Source: Phoronis australis
Lineage: Eukaryota; Animalia; Phoronida
DNA length: 64,000 nt
Reading direction: 5' to 3'
NCBI GenBank assembly: GCA_002633005.1
Contig: NMRA01000198.1
Location: 656,115 to 720,114, forward strand
Below the pieces are notes generated by a model. That model made no database searches. It was not told where the DNA came from and saw only the letters and a program-made list of their open reading frames with translations. A program made the translations under genes and the position numbers. Shown here in pieces: positions 59,217-64,000 of this stretch (positions within the stretch are counted from its first letter, which is position 1; the number at the start of each line of letters is the position of its first letter).

Positions 59217-62200
59217 TTAAAAATTAATCCTTTCCGTTACCGGAATTAAAGTTGGCGTTTACAAAATGTACAACTCCCGTTGTTTTCACCAAGAACTGTA
59301 ATCATTCACTGGCATTGGAAGGAAATCACAAAGTGAATTTTTAATTTTGAAATGCATGTCCATGACGACACCAGCACTGAGCACGTCATACGTGGGAGGG
59401 CGTGGCCAATAACAGAGACATCCAGTGGAAATTCGTGACGTCAACTCAGTGAACACAAACGGGAATTTTCAAAGAGGATTACCGGTGTGTGGGGTACCGG
59501 TACTACAAGACAAATAGTCACAGGTCTACAAAGAACCCCGAAATGGGTAAACCCGTTCTGCGATCAGTCTATCTCTGTTATTTTTTGTGCACTTGGATCT
59601 ATGGATACGTTTCCCTCCCCAAATCCATTATCATGTAGACAGCTACATCTTCGAAAACCGGTCGGCTTATCTCGAACACCGATAATGGAAACAAATTCAG
59701 TATCGGATTTTGAAACTGGAATTTAACATCAACGGGAATGCAATTTTCTGTTCTTGATTTGCATGTTGGACATTCAAATAAAGAGCAGTATCGCGACCCA
59801 TGAATGACAATACGAATGCATACAAGGATAAAACTTAACGTATTGATAACATTACACGTAATACTGAATCTGACTTTAGATTTAACACTCATTGCGCAAG
59901 TTTGTTTACTTGTGGTGATCCAGGACTGGCAAAGACGTTTCGCGATTCGGTAATAATTTATCTCTCATTAATAATACACATTACGGAATCAATCAATTGT
60001 TACACCCGGTTTCTGCTCACGAAATCACAACATTCAGTGATCGAGTGGTTCATGAAACTTTTATATTACACCTGCTGTTCATTTCCACACGCCGCCGCCC
60101 AGATCTGCGCGAGCTGGTTACTCAACGCACACAGCTTCCTCAACACTGCAGTACAGTGTCGACTCTACTCTAAATAAACAAAAAAATCGGAGGATGCACT
60201 GGTGAGCAACGTCAGTCCAATCCGGCATAAGACACAGTACACGGGTTCTGTTGTCTGACTGTTTACCAAATATCATGAACACCCATCAAGGAACTTGGTA
60301 GATATCAAGGCACTACTGAAGTACTAAAAACCAGCAGTCAGATTTATCCAAAAATCCATGTCAGTTGTACTCTCAATAGAAACACGTACCGAATTTCATG
60401 AAGAACCGTCAAACAATTTATATCGGAGCCATGACAGGCAAAAAAATAAATTTGCCAAAAGAGAGCGCCACTGTATTCGAACCTGCTCAAAACTCGCCGG
60501 TCAGCCGTGCACTTCCCAGAATGAACAGATCATACTAATTTTCATGACTATCCTTATAGTGATTTGGTCGATTGTGAGGCAGATGTCAACAACCAAACAG
60601 AAAAAATAGCAACTAGGTGGCTCGGAATACGTTGAATGCATTCAAAAACAAGAAGTCGGTGTCATTTCTACATGTGTAGCCTATTAGCCAAATTTCATGT
60701 AAATCCGTGAAGGAACTCCGAAGACACCGACAGATGAAAATGTAAAAAAGCCACTAGGAGGCACAGCGGCAGTTGGATCCGTCAGAATGTCGTCGCCATC
60801 GCTTGTCAATTTCATACAAATACACTTGCCAATTTTAATAAAGTTCCTGCAAGGGGTTCAGACAAAAAAAAACTGCCACCAAGAGGCACTACAGTACTTG
60901 GAGTTGTCCGAAAATCATCGTCAGCGTCAGTCGTCCTCTTTTCAAAGGGAACACACTTGTAATGACTTCAAGAAGTCTGTACCATTCGACAACAATCAAT
61001 TTTTGTTTTTTTTTCGGCCTCAAAATGATATGGTCCCGTTTAAGACAAAAATTGATCTTACAATCCCTGTTCACAATTGCCGAAGAAAGCCGGTTTTAGC
61101 CAAGCAAGTAATTATGAGTGCTTCATTGTCTAGAAACAATTCACAGAAATTATTTCAGAAAATAGCAGTTATGTGCACATTCTCAGACTCTGCACTTTTA
61201 ATCAGAAATAATGGTGTGGAGGGAGATACTAAATTTCTGGCTTAACTCCTAGGTCATTTTCCATAAAACAGACCCACAGTCTTGTTCAGTTGTCGGAAAA
61301 GGGTAATTACTGTTTTTCGGTGCATTATTTTTTATCACTCTAGTGGTAGATTCCGTTCGTAAACATTCCAGAAGAGAAGCATATCCTTCTTGTTCCCTCT
61401 AGACTAAAAGGCAAACCATCGACACAATATTTCACCCAAGCCTTTCTAAACCAAGATAGTAGGTATTTTCCATCCCTAAACAAATTGTTCAGGACAAAAA
61501 GTAAATCACAGTGTTAAAGAGACATCTGTTTTGGCAGCCAGTGTTAGCCAACCCTTCTAAAATTGGACCACATATGATTTCTCAATTTCCTGTTTAGTAG
61601 AAAACAATTGCTAACAGGGGAAATATTTCAAGAACTTTTTAGAGTTAACATGTTTCGTTCGCAATGTTCACATTTCGCTTAGCAGAAGGAAGTGAAAATG
61701 CACCTTGAATTTCAAGCACCAAAGTCTGAAACAGCGCGCTACAACACACAAAAGATGGCGCTAACATTAAGGACCATGCAAATTTTAGAAATTTCACAAT
61801 CTATTTATTTATGCCTATTAAACGCCGGTGGTAGAGGCTTCTTGCCCACAAACGTTCACGAATTTTCTTCTCGCGAACACCAACAGCATTTGTGCACTGA
61901 AACGCGACGAACGAATACCCTTTGGTTGCGCACCTTGACATTTTTTGCAAAGAAAGAGACAATATCAATGAGAACGGCTGGTGGTGACTGAGTCACCATG
62001 CAAGCTGGTAGTAATCTACATTGACCTGACGCAAATTCCAGTCGTTCTCTCCATATGTTTATGAACAACGTAACTGCTCCTGTGAGTCCAACTGCACGTG
62101 GCCTTCAACTGAGGATTAGTCAAGACACCAAAACGAGTTGATAACTTGGCCCCGATGGTGAGAAAGTTCGCACCAGATGAACTTCACTTTAAGCTCAGTA

Positions 62201-63250
62201 CACGAATTCAACCCAAGTTGATCTGTTCTGCTTGATGACGTCAACTCCGCGCGCGGAAAAACATCCCATCCTTTCCAACTTGAGAGCAGGTTGGAAACAC
62301 AACCAGTTAATCACACGGAGTACACTAAACAGCAGACTTGGCATCCCCATCGAATACTTGTGACTTGTGTCTCAAATAAGCCCACTTCTCCCGTCAAAAA
62401 ACAACCTTTGATTTAGCCCAACTTAGTGTTATAAAATCGATAAAACCAGTCTCGTGTCCCTTGAATAGATTAGAAAAAATTCTAGACTCGGGGAAGAACC
62501 GGCAGGTCGTCATCGCTTCAGACCACGCGGTTTAGTTTCAATCGTCAAGACAGCCAAAGCCCGGGCGTTTATTCGGAAAGGGGGGGCGTGTAAACGGAAA
62601 GTCATAGCCTCGACTGATATGAAAATATCAGCGATTTTGAGCATAAAACGTGTTTTTATTTTTTATTTTAAGTTAATAAATACACAGTTCGCCAACACTT
62701 TGTTCGTTTTTATAAATGATAAATGCTCCAAAAAACTGACTTTGTGGCGAAAAGTTGACGCTAAGTGGCCTTTTAAGAGGACATTTTTCCAATAAACGCC
62801 CCACTATTTGGACACTTGACATCGGGTGGGCTTATCTACGGAAAATCCCGGTAAGGCTTCGCAGACTGGAGTATAACACAGACTTTATACGTCGGACATT
62901 TCGTTGGAGTAGGCTTTTGAACGTACGGTAGATATTAATAAAGTAATAAACTCTCTTACTCTCCAGTTTCTATGGAAACGCCTGTCCAACGGAAGAGATT
63001 GATCATTTTTGTGGCACCAGTTGTTTTCTGAAGCGCTGGGTCAAGAACTATCTTCTGGTGTCCGCCAATAGTTGCACCATGAGGGGTGAACCAAATCGAA
63101 ACTAAATCACTGTTTCGTATCTGACTGGTACGCCGTAGGCCTTTTATTTGAGATCCAAACTCTCACAACATCAAATATTTCGATTGCGAGAGAACTTAAA
63201 ACATTCGTCAGCGAAGAACCGGGGTCCTTTTTCCAGTGGCGGGTTCAGAA

Positions 63251-63980
63251 GTGTAACTGACCGGTTAGAGAAGGACTTCGATCCAAGGTCAAGATCGTAC
63301 GTGGGTAAACCAGAACGAAGACCAGCTTCCCGTTCAGTAGCCCTAGGACCTCGCTAAAAAGCAAGACTTCGCGAGATTACGTGATAAGTTGCCGTGTATT
63401 TTAAATGAGAACACGTGACTTTGACTAGGTTTTAGCTAGGTCCTAGCGTAGGTCCTAGCGACTACTGAACGCACGCCAGGACGAATCGGAAACCACTTGA
63501 CTGTTGACGTGATCAGGTAAGTGAGAGTATGGTACCGTATCACAGGAAACTCTCGTTTTATAATACTTAAACGCTGACCGATCACGTGCTGTTATTTGCG
63601 ATACGAACCGGTTTATACTTGTTTTTCGTTCGTGTATTTAAAGGGTTGCGTTTTGTCTATTGCAGTGCATCAAACCTACTAACGCCGTAGGTGTAACTGA
63701 CCGGTTAGAGAAGGACTTCGATCCAAGGTCAAGATCGTACGTGGGTACACCAGAACGAAGACCAGGACGAATCCGAAACCACTTGACTGCTGACGTGATC
63801 AGGTAGGTGAGAGTATGGTACCGTATCACAGGAAACTCTTATTTTAGTTACACTTAAACGCTGACCGATCACGTGCTGTTATTTGCGATACGAACCGGTT
63901 TAGACTTGTTTTTCGTTCCTTACGTAGAGGGTTGCGTTTTGTCTATTGCAGTGCATCAAACCATCTAACACCGTAGGTTA
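63251..63980. repeat. ~286-bp tandem repeat (at least 2 copies, probably continuing past the window end)
   Basis: Units begin at 63251 and 63691; the first carries a 151-bp MITE plus its 3-bp TSD. Confidence 0.88.
63326..63476. mobile_element. Harbinger-like MITE
   Basis: TIR cgttcagtag.c.ctaggacct, CAG duplication; the empty site is visible in the second repeat unit. Confidence 0.8.
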
Positions 63981-64000
63981 AGGCCAAGGTCGTACGTGGG

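Noticed and set aside
60787-61245. 152-aa ORF
   Set aside because: No recognisable motif, starts within a repeat, no convincing splice context.
61513-62853. Possible further Kolobok-like and CCG..TA-type transposon ends
   Set aside because: Right ends are suggestive, but matching left TIRs and TSDs could not be established.

Overview
AT-rich, intron-rich eukaryotic (animal, probably marine invertebrate) genomic DNA; most ORF-track entries are spurious. I reconstructed three genes by hand from splice sites and translations. (1) Coding exon 1 of a LYPLAL1-like hydrolase on the minus strand (1644-1734; the rest lies left of the window). (2) Apparently head-to-head with it, a ~30-coding-exon tubulin polyglutamylase TTLL5 gene on the plus strand (8715-46619, about 1278 aa when my phase-consistent exons are summed). 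(3) An intronless RING/TRAF-zinc-finger E3 ligase (52500-53453) with an NRDP1-like N-terminus and an unrecognised C-terminus. The most notable feature is two separate pairs of tandemly duplicated, intact, diverged exons inside the TTLL5 catalytic core: the WIVKP...RG[RK]G loop exon (15086-15168 vs 16854-16936) and the RFAT...[10 protein letters not shown] exon (18269-18370 vs 19617-19721). These look like mutually exclusive exons that could give up to four active-site variants from one gene. Introns and intergenic DNA carry many DNA transposon remnants (including a four-level nest at ~9.5-12.1 kb), SINE/LINE fragments, Penelope-like remnants with degenerate hammerhead-like cores, and minisatellites. 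A 1.19-kb duplication joined by a single N (41639-44024) is most likely an assembly artefact. Protein family calls rest on recalled sequences, not database searches.
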